Under the pieces are notes generated by a model. The model saw only the letters and a program-made list of their open reading frames with translations, was not told the origin of the DNA and searched no databases. Positions 21,294 to 29,401 of a DNA stretch of 32,000 nt are shown here, in pieces. Each line of letters starts with the position of its first letter. The stretch's first letter is position 1. The stretch is from Parasynechococcus marenigrum WH 8102 (lineage in GTDB: Bacteria > Cyanobacteriota > Cyanobacteriia > PCC-6307 > Cyanobiaceae), in contig NC_005070.1 in NCBI RefSeq assembly GCF_000195975.1, positions 1,350,001 through 1,382,000 on the forward strand, written 5' to 3'. Position numbers and translations under genes: made by a program.

Positions 21294-23048
21294 ATGTTGC
21301 GTGCCCTGCTGCTGATCCTCGGCCTCTGCATCAGCAGCACCAGCGCAGCCGCCGCACCGGTGAGCCGCGACGACCCGGAATCCGCCGATCCCGGCCAAGC
21401 CGCCATCTCCACCGCCGCAGGTGATGCGGTGGTCGTTACCGCCAACCCCCGAGCCAGCCGGGCAGCTGTGGCAGTACTTAAGGCCGGTGGTTCGGCAGTG
21501 GATGCCCTGGTGAGCGCCCAGGCGGTGCTGGCCGTGGTGGAACCGCAGAGTTCCGGCCTGGCCGGTGGTGGTTTTCTGATGCACTGGGATGCCCGGCAGC
21601 AACAGCTGCAGGTGCTCGATGGCCGTGAGGTCGCCCCCCTGAGCAGCCGTCCGGACGATCTGCTGCAGCCCTCCGGCGAACCGCTGCCCTGGCGCGAGGC
21701 CACCAGCCGCCCGCAGGCCATCGGTGTGCCTGGCACCGTGGCTCTGCTCTGGGACGTCCATCAACAGCACGGTCGCCTGCCCTGGGCCACCACGTTGCAG
21801 CCGGCCATCCGTCTTGCCCGTGATGGGTTCCGCCCCAGCCCCCGCCTGCGCCGTTCCATCGGCATCGCCCAACGCATCGGCGTGGACCACAGCCCGGCGT
21901 TTCAGGCGCTGTATCTGCCCGGCGGCCAACCGCCTCCGGCCAACCGGCCCTTCCGCAATCCGGCCCTGGCCCGCACCCTGGAGCTTCTGGCCAAGGACGG
22001 CGGTCCGTCCTTTTACAACGGCGAACTGGCCCAGCAGATCCTTGCCGGGATGGCTGCCCTGCAGACCGACCAGCCCGACTTCCGCGGCTGGAGCCCTGCC
22101 GATCTGGCTGGGTACGCCGTGGTTCAGCGCTCACCGCTCTGCCACCGGCTGCGCAGCTACCGGCTCTGCACGGTGCCGCCACCAAGCAGCGGCGGGCTGG
22201 CGGTGTTGCAAACCCTGGCACTGCTGAACCAGAGCAACGCATTAAGCGGCCCTGCCGATCCGCAGACCTGGCGGCTGCTGGCGCGAGCCCAGGCCTGGGC
22301 CGATGCCGATCGCCTCTACTGGGTGCACGACCCCAAGGATGGGGCCATTCCGACAGGCCCCTTGCTGGATCCCGTCTACATCCAGTCCCGCGCCATTGCC
22401 CTGCAGACCTCCCCCGCGGCTCGCCCGACTCCGGGGCTGCCCCCTGGCCTGGCGGCCTACCCCTACGCGCTGCCGGAGCAAAGCCGCGAACAGGGCACCA
22501 CCCATCTGGCGATCGTCGATGGCGAGGGAAACCTCGCTGCTTACACCAGCTCGGTGGAAACGGTCTTCGGCAGCCGCCATCTCGTGGCGGGAATGGTGCT
22601 GAACAACCAGCTCACCGACTTCGCCTTCCGCCCCAGCATCAACGGCCAGCCAGTGGCAAACCGGCGCCGGCCCGGTCGTCGGCCGGTGTCGTCGATGGCT
22701 CCGATGATCGTGTTCGAGCGGGGGCAACCGCTGCTGTCGGTCGGCAGTCCCGGCGGACGCAGCATCCCCCACGTGCTCAGCCGCGTGCTGCTGGCCTCCC
22801 TGATCTGGCGTGAGCCACCGGCACGGGCCGTCGGGCTGCCGCATCTGTCGCGGCGCCGCAATGGATTGGTGCTGGAACAGGATCCGCCCCTCCCCTGGCC
22901 CGTTGCCCTCGACCAACTCACTCCCGGTGATCAACCGATCCGTAGCCAACGCCTGGGCAGCGGCACCGCCCTGCTGCAGAAGATCAACGGTCGCTGGCAC
23001 GGAGCAGCCGACCCCCGCCGGGAGGGCACGGCCCTGTCAGCTGACTGA
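21294..23048 (+). CDS. ggt: gamma-glutamyltranspeptidase
   Basis: Signal peptide, GGGFLMHWD, autoprocessing and nucleophile site EQGTTHLAIVDGEGNLAAYTSSVETVFGS, PGRRPVSSMAPMIVF and GSPGGRSI motifs. Confidence 0.92.
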   Translation: MLRALLLILGLCISSTSAAAAPVSRDDPESADPGQAAISTAAGDAVVVTANPRASRAAVAVLKAGGSAVDALVSAQAVLAVVEPQSSGLAGGGFLMHWDARQQQLQVLDGREVAPLSSRPDDLLQPSGEPLPWREATSRPQAIGVPGTVALLWDVHQQHGRLPWATTLQPAIRLARDGFRPSPRLRRSIGIAQRIGVDHSPAFQALYLPGGQPPPANRPFRNPALARTLELLAKDGGPSFYNGELAQQILAGMAALQTDQPDFRGWSPADLAGYAVVQRSPLCHRLRSYRLCTVPPPSSGGLAVLQTLALLNQSNALSGPADPQTWRLLARAQAWADADRLYWVHDPKDGAIPTGPLLDPVYIQSRAIALQTSPAARPTPGLPPGLAAYPYALPEQSREQGTTHLAIVDGEGNLAAYTSSVETVFGSRHLVAGMVLNNQLTDFAFRPSINGQPVANRRRPGRRPVSSMAPMIVFERGQPLLSVGSPGGRSIPHVLSRVLLASLIWREPPARAVGLPHLSRRRNGLVLEQDPPLPWPVALDQLTPGDQPIRSQRLGSGTALLQKINGRWHGAADPRREGTALSAD

Positions 23049-23087
23049 CGAATCCCAGCAGGATGGTGTTCCAAATGTGCGCTGCTG

Positions 23088-23285
23088 ATGAAGAGCTTCG
23101 AGGACACGGACCCACGGCCCTACGACCGCCACCGCTACCGGGTGCAGTTCCGCGATGGCTCGTTCAAGGACACCGGCAGCTACGCCGAAGCCACCGATCT
23201 CTGGTACTCAAGTCGGATCAAGCCACGGGTGATTGAGGTTCTGCCCGCCACCAAACCATCCCGCCCGCGTGGCGGCTTCGGCTGA
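23088..23285 (+). CDS. small hypothetical protein (65 aa)
   Basis: MKSFEDTDPRPYDRHRYRVQFRDGSFKDTGSYAEATDLWYSSRIKPRVIEVL.... ATG start 40 nt after the ggt stop. Confidence 0.5.
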   Translation: MKSFEDTDPRPYDRHRYRVQFRDGSFKDTGSYAEATDLWYSSRIKPRVIEVLPATKPSRPRGGFG

Positions 23286-23289
23286 CGCT

Positions 23290-23454
23290 TCAGTCGAGCG
23301 AAAACTCTCCGCGAAGAGCTCGCGCATCCTGAATGCGCTGCTCCTTTGCCAAAAGACGCAGCCGCGTGTTGAGCCAGAAGCGCAACCGATCGGACAACAC
23401 CGACTTGTTCAGCAGCGCATCCGAAGGCTCAGGTTCACCGAAGGGAATCGTCAC
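23290..23454 (-). CDS. small hypothetical protein (54 aa, GTG start, VTIPFGEPEPSDALLNKSVLSDRLRFWLNTRLRLLAKEQRIQDARALRGEFSLD)
   Basis: Below the track cut-off. The GTG overlaps the DUF427 stop (GTGA), suggesting coupling. Confidence 0.35.
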   Translation of the reverse strand: MTIPFGEPEPSDALLNKSVLSDRLRFWLNTRLRLLAKEQRIQDARALRGEFSLD

Positions 23455-23735
23455 TGCAGCTCCACCCCTTTGCCCCGGTAGAAGGCGAAGCGTTCACGGA
23501 TCGATTCCGCGTCTGGCTTGGGGGTGTCGTAAGCCCAAACGGCGTTGCGGATCACCTGATCGCCAACCACCACATCCCAGTAGCGAGCCGTGCCTTTCCA
23601 TCCACAGACCGTGGTGTGATCGGACGCTCGGAACAACCCCTCTGCCATGGCAGAGCGGGGGAAATAGGGGTTCCCATCCACCATCACGATGTCGTCGCTG
23701 TCAGCCAGCACCGTGCCGTTAAAGATCGCCTGCAT
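23451..23735 (-). CDS. DUF427 domain protein (94 aa)
   Basis: FNGTVLADSDDIVMVDGNPYFP...TTVCGWKGTARYWDVVVGDQVIRNAVWAYDTP fits the DUF427 pattern (NG..IA.S....EGN.YFP...C.WKG.A.YY). Confidence 0.75.
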   Translation of the reverse strand: MQAIFNGTVLADSDDIVMVDGNPYFPRSAMAEGLFRASDHTTVCGWKGTARYWDVVVGDQVIRNAVWAYDTPKPDAESIRERFAFYRGKGVELQ

Positions 23736-23785
23736 GATCTGGCGCAGTTCGTCGTCGGTCGCAGGCTAGAAAATCTGTACCGGAA

Positions 23786-24001
23786 TCAGTTGTATTCCCC
23801 AGGCGTCTCCTGCTTGGACACCGTCACCCGCCCCACCCTGTTGCCGGAGAACCGCAGCAATTCATCCCCGCTGAAGGAGTAGCCCAGCCCGCCGGCGATC
23901 TTGGCGACATCATCGGCTGTTGATGCCGCCAGCACTGACTGCTTCAGGGCTTCGTCGTCCTGCAGACGCAGCAGGAAGCCTTTCAGTTGATCGAGAGCCA
24001 T
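23786..24001 (-). CDS. Nif11-like N-terminal domain peptide (71 aa)
   Basis: The internal ATG at 23999-24001 gives MALDQLKGFLLRLQDDEALKQSVLAASTADDVAKIAGGLGYSFSGDELL, matching the Nif11 leader-type domain (compare the prochlorosin leader MSEEQLKAF..K...D..L...L......V..IAK.AGF.I...DL). It is followed by a 22-aa tail, RFSGNRVGRVTVSKQETPGEYN. Confidence 0.7.
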   Translation of the reverse strand: MALDQLKGFLLRLQDDEALKQSVLAASTADDVAKIAGGLGYSFSGDELLRFSGNRVGRVTVSKQETPGEYN

Positions 24002-24041
24002 CGCCCGCCTCAGCGAAGGGGCGTGAACCGTAAACGACGGC

Positions 24042-24218
24042 TCAGGACGCGATCGACAGGTCCGAACCGTCATCGATCTGCAAGTGAGTCGTCAGACAAG
24101 TGGTGACACAGGTCTGGTCATGGATGTCGCAGGCACTGATGCAGACGAAATACTCATCGAGAGCTTGCCACCGTTCGCCGATGGATTGGTGTTGATGTTC
24201 CTGCTTGAGTGAGTACAT
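24042..24218 (-). CDS. small 4-Cys peptide (58 aa, ...FVCISACDIHDQTCVTTCL...)
   Basis: Below the track cut-off. ATG start, stop 40 nt upstream of the Nif11 ATG on the same strand. C-x3-C-x6-C-x3-C motif. Confidence 0.45.
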   Translation of the reverse strand: MYSLKQEHQHQSIGERWQALDEYFVCISACDIHDQTCVTTCLTTHLQIDDGSDLSIAS

Positions 24219-24395
24219 CTGATTCTTGCGAGTGCGACACCTTTACGAGCAGCTTTGATGGCTCGTCAATAAAAACATTGCGGAGAATAAAATACTTAGG
24301 GGAATAATCTCAGGAAGAAATACTTATCCGGATCGTGAACAAGCCTTGCCGCCGGTTGTCATCTGGGCGACAAACCACAAGAGTGAAATCAGCGC

Positions 24396-24569
24396 ATGGA
24401 CGAGGTCATGGAATTCAAAAGCCGCATCTTTGCCAACTCACAAGGTCAAACAATCGACGCCGTTGGCAACGGCCGGTACCTGGTCTGCCATCAGACCAGC
24501 TGCGTCATGGTGAAAGGCTGGCGCCAGGCCCAGATCGCCTTGAAACGCCAGGAGTCACCGATGGCATGA
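24396..24569 (+). CDS. small hypothetical protein (57 aa, MDEVMEFKSRIFANSQGQTIDAVGNGRYLVCHQTSCVMVKGWRQAQIALKRQESPMA)
   Basis: Below the track cut-off. Divergent from the 4-Cys peptide across an AT-rich spacer. The listed 128-aa ORF 24335-24721 is another frame and is R/P-rich. Confidence 0.4.
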   Translation: MDEVMEFKSRIFANSQGQTIDAVGNGRYLVCHQTSCVMVKGWRQAQIALKRQESPMA

Positions 24570-24603
24570 AGCAGGGCGAGCCCCCCCCTCCGGACGTCTG
24601 GCC

Positions 24604-24816
24604 TCAGAGGGTCTGCCAGGTGCTGGTGAGCCACTGGGGAGCAACGCTCCACCAGACTGCGACAGCTACAAAAATGGCCATCAATCCAATGAGGCTGGTG
24701 ATCAGCGTTTCTTCGCGCTGAGCATTGGACGTGACTTTTCTGACTTTTCCCAAGGATCGATCGGTCTCTGCTGCTGGTGTAGGTCGGCAGAAACCGATCG
24801 TCATCGGTGAAAACAC
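24604..24816 (-). CDS. hypothetical tail-anchored membrane protein (70 aa maximum)
   Basis: C-terminal helix LITSLIGLMAIFVAVAVWWSV. Start uncertain (alternative MTIGF...). Confidence 0.35.
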   Translation of the reverse strand: MFSPMTIGFCRPTPAAETDRSLGKVRKVTSNAQREETLITSLIGLMAIFVAVAVWWSVAPQWLTSTWQTL

Positions 24817-25154
24817 CGACCGTTCAATAGACGCCGAAGACGTCAGAGGAAGTCGAAGTTGTCCTCATCATCCTCATATTCATTGGACTGAATCCACAAA
24901 GCCGCCACAGGAAAGATCAAACATCCCGCAAGAAGAATTTCCATCGATCAAAAAAGCTTTGAACAATAAAAACCCAAATTGACTGCTTCAAGGATATCGG
25001 TAACAACGGCCCCCTTAATCACTCAACATGGTTGCGGATGATTCAAACCCTCCCGATTAGCAGATTCACTTAAACGGCCTGCAACGAATCAACCGATACG
25101 TTTTTATGATCGATCAAAACAGATAATTGAAATGTCTTTTCAACGCTTCAACCG

Positions 25155-25232
25155 ATGGAACTGTTTGCACTGGCCATCATCGTTGGCATCAGCGGAGGCC
25201 TTGCCGCCCGCTTGACCCCACGCAAAGGCTGA
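25155..25232 (+). CDS. tiny single-TM peptide (25 aa, MELFALAIIVGISGGLAARLTPRKG)
   Basis: Below the track cut-off. First of two tandem mini-ORFs following an AT-rich stretch. Confidence 0.25.
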   Translation: MELFALAIIVGISGGLAARLTPRKG

Positions 25233-25235
25233 ACC

Positions 25236-25310
25236 ATGTACACCCTCACCGCTGCCCTTGTGACTGCTGGGTTGATTGGCTTGTTCAGTCCAATCATTGC
25301 CCTGTTCTGA
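25236..25310 (+). CDS. tiny single-TM peptide (24 aa, MYTLTAALVTAGLIGLFSPIIALF)
   Basis: Starts 3 nt after the stop of the preceding mini-ORF. Confidence 0.25.
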   Translation: MYTLTAALVTAGLIGLFSPIIALF

Positions 25311-25336
25311 GTCATCCACATTCAGCAAAGAAAGGT

Positions 25337-25580
25337 TTAAAACCGTCCTTGCACAAGGCGAAAGTCCCAATCCGTGAATGGGGCTCGCAGCTTCACCAAC
25401 TCCTGATAAGCGGGGCTTTTGTAAAAATCGATGCCGTCCTGGAGGGTTTTGCCCTTGCAGGCCGTCACCACCGTCAAGCCCCCCATCACCTTCCACCAGC
25501 AAGGTATTGCGCTGGCGAACGAGATACTCGCAGCCCCACTCCTCCATCAAGGCATCCGCTTTTTCGATGTAGCCCTTCAT
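25337..25580 (-). pseudogene. DUF1330-like gene interrupted by a frameshift at a G6 run
   Basis: Frame a reads MKGYIEKADALMEEWGCEYLVRQRNTLLVEGDGG. The adjacent frame reads LTVVTACKGKTLQDGIDFYKSPAYQELVKLRAPFTDWDFRLVQGRF*. Joined, they match the DUF1330 pattern (YGG.YLVR...LEG...VV.EF......Y.SP.Y.....R). The frames switch at the C6/G6 run at 25479-25484. Confidence 0.55.
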
Positions 25581-25622
25581 GGCTGGGTCGGCCTTGGTCG
25601 TTCCCTCTTCATCGCTGGCCAG

Positions 25623-26011
25623 TCACCGGTGCCTTAGCCAGCGAAAGCTGGGCACTGCTCCTGCAGTGGACCGAGTGAGCGCCAACAACAACGCACCAAT
25701 CAGGGCCAGATTCATGAAGAAGCCGCTATCCACTGGAAAGGTGTGAAAAATCAGTGTGGTGGGCACGAGAAACACCAGCAGCAGCGACGACCCAAGCCGG
25801 GTGTTCTCTCCGAATACAAAACGACCGATCCGAAGATCAAACAGGTGATGGCACCGGCCAGGAGACATCCAGCCAAGGGTTCGGCAATCCCTTTTGAAGC
25901 GATCACATCAACCGTTCCGCTGAAATCCGTCAGTTTTCCGGGAACGGCTTTGACAAACAACGCGGCCATCAAAACGCGACCGAGCCAATCGAGCAGGATC
26001 TGAGGGGTCAT
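25623..26011 (-). pseudogene. DoxX-family membrane protein interrupted by a frameshift at a T4 run
   Basis: MTPQILLDWLGRVLMAALFVKAVPGKL...LAGAITCLIFGSVV (frame 1) continues as FVFGENTRLGSSLLLVFLVPTTLIFH...LIGALLLAL (second frame, track ORF 25623-25868). The switch is at the A4/T4 run at 25818-25821. One extra T would restore a single 129-aa ORF. Confidence 0.55.
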
Positions 26012-26214
26012 GTCCAGTTTTTCCAGATAAAACGCTCGTCCCAATCTCCCCTGACGGCCCGGATGAATGCATCCTCCGACTCATCGGTCATGAAGCAATA
26101 CGCAATCACCTTGTTGTCGTCGTCTTTGATCGCCAGAACATTATCCGCCGGTGGAGACGTGGCTGACGAGAAAATTTTGCCGTCTCTCAGGATGAAGCGA
26201 TGCATCGTCTTCAA
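26008..26214 (-). CDS. hypothetical protein (68 aa; may start at MHRFILRDG...)
   Basis: Its stop overlaps the DoxX ATG (ATGA at 26008-26011). The N-terminus is similar to that of 29775-29987. Confidence 0.55.
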   Translation of the reverse strand: MKTMHRFILRDGKIFSSATSPPADNVLAIKDDDNKVIAYCFMTDESEDAFIRAVRGDWDERFIWKNWT

Positions 26215-26623
26215 ACAGGGATTTCTTCAACCTAGCCACGCAAATCGAACGTGAATGTGACGACACAAACCAAAGTATTCGTCAGGGCGCCCTGTCAGAG
26301 CTGGACAACGCGATACCGGGGCACTAAGACATAAATGTCGTCACCACGACACAGCGTTCACTTCGCATTCCGCGGAGCGCAGCTCGACTCAGGCCATGGA
26401 ACGGGGGTCTGGGCTTGCTTCCTTTGGCTGCGATGACAACCATGGTTTGGAACGGATCAGCTTTTGGCCCTCAGGATCGTGAGGCCGCCAAACGTGAGGC
26501 GCTGGTACGGCGTCTTGAGTCAGCCTTAGCAGGTCCTGATGGGCAGCACTCGGCCCAATACCGCGGCACGGCATACCTGCGCCGAAACGGCTTTTCGGCT
26601 GTGCGCTAACCGATCAGGCCGAA

Positions 26624-28345
26624 GTGATGCTTTCAATAGCATCAGCGGATCGCTGGTCTGACCCCATGCCCACCACCGCGACAACGTTTGAAGAGTTCAG
26701 GCAGCGGGTCGACTACTCGCTGCTACAAGCCCTGAAGCCTGATCCTGAGGCGACATCGGACGGCAACGACCACCGCCCCAGGCCAGTGTTCTCAGGCCAC
26801 TGGGTGCCCGTGAGGCCAACACCCATTCCAGAACCGAAATATGTCGCCCACAGTTTCATTCTGTTCGCGGAACTTGGGATCAGTGATGACCTCGCCCACA
26901 ACAGCGACTTCACCCGACTGTTTTCTGGCGATGCCTCGGTCGCAGCCGAACCGATGCACTCCTGGGGATGGGCCACCGGCTATGCCCTGTCGATCTACGG
27001 CACCGAATACATCCAGCAGTGTCCTTTCGGCACGGGCAACGGCTATGGCGACGGCCGTGCGATGTCGATCGTTGAAGGTGTTTTTGAGGGGCAGCGCTGG
27101 GAGATGCAACTGAAGGGCGGCGGACCGACCCCCTACTGCCGTGGCGCCGATGGCCGGGCCGTGCTCCGCTCCAGCGTCCGCGAATTCCTGGCCCAGGAGT
27201 TCATGCATGCCCTTGGCGTTCCCACCTCCCGTTCGCTCACCCTGTATCGATCTGAAGCCGAAACGGTGCGACGCCCCTGGTACTCCGACCACTCGCGCTC
27301 CTTTGATCCAGACGTGATGGTCGACAACCAGGCCGCCATCAGCACCCGGGTGGCGCCGTCGTTTCTACGGGTGGGGCAGATCGAACTGTTTGCTCGCCGC
27401 GCTCGCGACAACGCTCACCCCAACGCCCACGACGAGCTGCGGCTGATTGTGCAGCACCTGATCGACCGCAATTACCGCGCTGAGATTGATGCAACGCTGC
27501 CCTTCCATCAGCAGGTGCTTGAGCTGGCGCGACTGTTCCGCGGTCGACTCACCGCCTTGGTCGCCAACTGGATGCGGGTCGGCTACTGCCAGGGCAACTT
27601 CAACAGCGACAACTGCGCCGCCGGCGGTTACACCCTCGACTACGGCCCCTTCGGCTTCTGCGAATTGTTTGATCCACGCTTCCAACCCTGGACCGGTGGT
27701 GGGGCCCACTTCTCCTTTTTCAACCAGCCGGCAGCAGCGGAGGCCAACTACCGGATGTTCTGGAGATCCCTGCGCACCCTGCTGGAGGGAGATGACGCTG
27801 CCCAGCGCGAGCTCGATCAACTGAACGAAGGGTTTGCCGTGGCGATGCAGCAGCAACTGGAGGCGATGTGGGCCAGCAAGCTGGCGCTCCCTGCTTACGA
27901 CGAAACCCTGGTGACAGAACTGTTGCAGCTGTTGGTTGCCGCCAAAGCCGATTACACCAAGGCGTTCCGCCTGCTCTCAACCATTCCCGACCATGTCGCC
28001 GAGCTGCATCCGAGCTTCTACCTGCCCAGTTCGGAAGACCTGGATCAACGCTGGCAGACCTGGCTGCAACGCTGGCGTGAGCGAATCACGGCCAACGGCG
28101 ATCTGGAGGAGACATCAGCTGCCATGCGTCGCGTGAACCCGGCCATCACCTGGCGGGAATGGCTGATCGCCCCGGCTTATCAACAGGCGGAGCAGGGTGA
28201 TAACAGCCTGGTGCTGGAACTGCAGACCCTGTTCAGCAGCCCCTACAGCGCCCCATCCACAGAGCTGGCGGCCCGCTACGACCAGCTCAGGCCGCAGCAG
28301 TTCTTCAGCGCCGGCGGCATCGCTCACTACAGCTGTTCCTCCTGA
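26624..28345 (+). CDS. selO: SelO/YdiU-family protein adenylyltransferase (UPF0061)
   Basis: GNGYGDGRAMSIVE, LKGGGPTPYCRGADGRAVLRSSVREFLAQEFMHALGVPTSRSL, GYCQGNFNSDNCAAGGYTLDYGPFGF and INPAITWREW motifs. The track start is GTG at 26624, with ATG alternatives at 26627 and 26666 (MPTTATTFEEF...). Confidence 0.9.
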   Translation: MMLSIASADRWSDPMPTTATTFEEFRQRVDYSLLQALKPDPEATSDGNDHRPRPVFSGHWVPVRPTPIPEPKYVAHSFILFAELGISDDLAHNSDFTRLFSGDASVAAEPMHSWGWATGYALSIYGTEYIQQCPFGTGNGYGDGRAMSIVEGVFEGQRWEMQLKGGGPTPYCRGADGRAVLRSSVREFLAQEFMHALGVPTSRSLTLYRSEAETVRRPWYSDHSRSFDPDVMVDNQAAISTRVAPSFLRVGQIELFARRARDNAHPNAHDELRLIVQHLIDRNYRAEIDATLPFHQQVLELARLFRGRLTALVANWMRVGYCQGNFNSDNCAAGGYTLDYGPFGFCELFDPRFQPWTGGGAHFSFFNQPAAAEANYRMFWRSLRTLLEGDDAAQRELDQLNEGFAVAMQQQLEAMWASKLALPAYDETLVTELLQLLVAAKADYTKAFRLLSTIPDHVAELHPSFYLPSSEDLDQRWQTWLQRWRERITANGDLEETSAAMRRVNPAITWREWLIAPAYQQAEQGDNSLVLELQTLFSSPYSAPSTELAARYDQLRPQQFFSAGGIAHYSCSS

Positions 28346-28385
28346 ACATGACAGCGTGTGTGCGCCCTCGTCACGGCAACGGCTG

Positions 28386-28838
28386 ATGACCGCCAGCTCC
28401 ATCCAGCCCCAGCAGACGCTTCAGAGCAACCCGGTTCAGGGCGTGTGGAGCCTGGTGTCGTACGTCGTGGAGGTGCAGGAGAACAGTGAAACCTTCGCGC
28501 CGATGGGAGACCATCCCACCGGGTATGTGATCTTCACGGCCGAAGGGCGGTTGTCCTTCACCCTTTCAGCCCAGGGGCGCCAACCCGGCTCCACAGCTGA
28601 GGAGCGATCCGATCTGCTCAACAGCATGATTGCTTACACCGGCAGCTATCGGCTCGAGGGGGATCGCTGGATCACCCAGGTGGATGTGGCCTGGAATCCC
28701 TCCTGGGTTGGCACGGAACAAACCCGGTTTTACCGGGTGGAGAACGACCAGCTGATCGTCAGCACCCCTTGGCGGGTGATGCCCAACTGGCCGGAGAAGG
28801 GGATGACCCGCAGCATCGTGCGCTTTCAACGCTGTTGA
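28386..28838 (+). CDS. lipocalin-like domain protein (150 aa)
   Basis: The internal ATG at 28386 gives ...GVWSLVSYVVEVQENSETFAPMGDHPTGYVIFTAEGRLSF...IAYTGSYRLEGDRWITQVDVAWNPSWVGTEQTRFYRVENDQLIV, the lipocalin-like (PF13924-type) pattern from memory. Confidence 0.65.
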   Translation: MTASSIQPQQTLQSNPVQGVWSLVSYVVEVQENSETFAPMGDHPTGYVIFTAEGRLSFTLSAQGRQPGSTAEERSDLLNSMIAYTGSYRLEGDRWITQVDVAWNPSWVGTEQTRFYRVENDQLIVSTPWRVMPNWPEKGMTRSIVRFQRC

Positions 28839-28855
28839 TCGAGTCGCGCTGTTCC

Positions 28856-29359
28856 ATGCACGAGGCCATCCTCGACTTCTGGTTTGAACAGTGCCGTCCT
28901 TGGCAGTGGTTTCGCCGCAGCGAGACGTTCGATCAGGAGGTTCGCCAGCGGTTTGGTGCGTTGGTGGAGCAGGCCCTCGCTGGCGGTCTGCAGAGTTGGG
29001 AGGCGCAGCCGTCATCGTGTCTGGCGCTGGTGCTGCTGCTGGATCAATTCAGCCGTCAGATCTGGCGGGGCGAGCCCAGAGCCTTTGCCGGCGATCAACA
29101 GGCGCTGCGGCTGAGCCAGCGGGCCCTCGCGCTGGGTTGGATTGCGATGGAACCGCAACGGGCCAGGCGCCAGTTCTGGCTCATGCCGATGCTGCACAGC
29201 GAAACCCCCGCTGTGGTGCAGCAGGCGATCCCGCTGCTGCAGATCCATGTGGACCAGGCCACGGCAGACCTGGCACAACGCAACCTGGAACAACTGCAGC
29301 GCTTCGGGCGCTATCCCTGGCGGGACGAGGCCCGACGAACTGAGCAGAATCACCCCTGA
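28856..29359 (+). CDS. DUF924 family protein
   Basis: The internal ATG at 28856 gives ILDFWF...WF...FDQEVRQRFG...LALVLLLDQFSRQIWRGEPRAFAGD...MPMLHSE...QRFGRYPWRDE, the DUF924 signature. Confidence 0.8.
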   Translation: MHEAILDFWFEQCRPWQWFRRSETFDQEVRQRFGALVEQALAGGLQSWEAQPSSCLALVLLLDQFSRQIWRGEPRAFAGDQQALRLSQRALALGWIAMEPQRARRQFWLMPMLHSETPAVVQQAIPLLQIHVDQATADLAQRNLEQLQRFGRYPWRDEARRTEQNHP

Positions 29360-29401
29360 CGGCCCAGACCGCCCCTGCTAGAACCAGTATGGCTGTACTA
29401 A

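Noticed and set aside
21255-23000. Large minus-strand ORFs (224, 254 and 252 aa) antisense to ggt
   Set aside because: They are antisense shadows of a gene with unambiguous GGT motifs and have extreme R/G/P content.
23786-24073. The 95-aa version of the Nif11 ORF, and a lanthipeptide (prochlorosin) interpretation
   Set aside because: The first 24 codons overlap the upstream 58-aa ORF and are R/S/P-rich, and the Nif11 domain begins at the internal Met. The tail has no Cys and no preceding GG/GA site, and no LanM is nearby, so a class II lanthipeptide call is not supported.
25127-25678. 183-aa plus ORF and the full 146-aa minus ORF 25140-25580
   Set aside because: The minus ORF is real only for its first 34 or so codons (DUF1330-like N-terminus) and then runs on in the wrong frame. 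The plus ORF is antisense to it.
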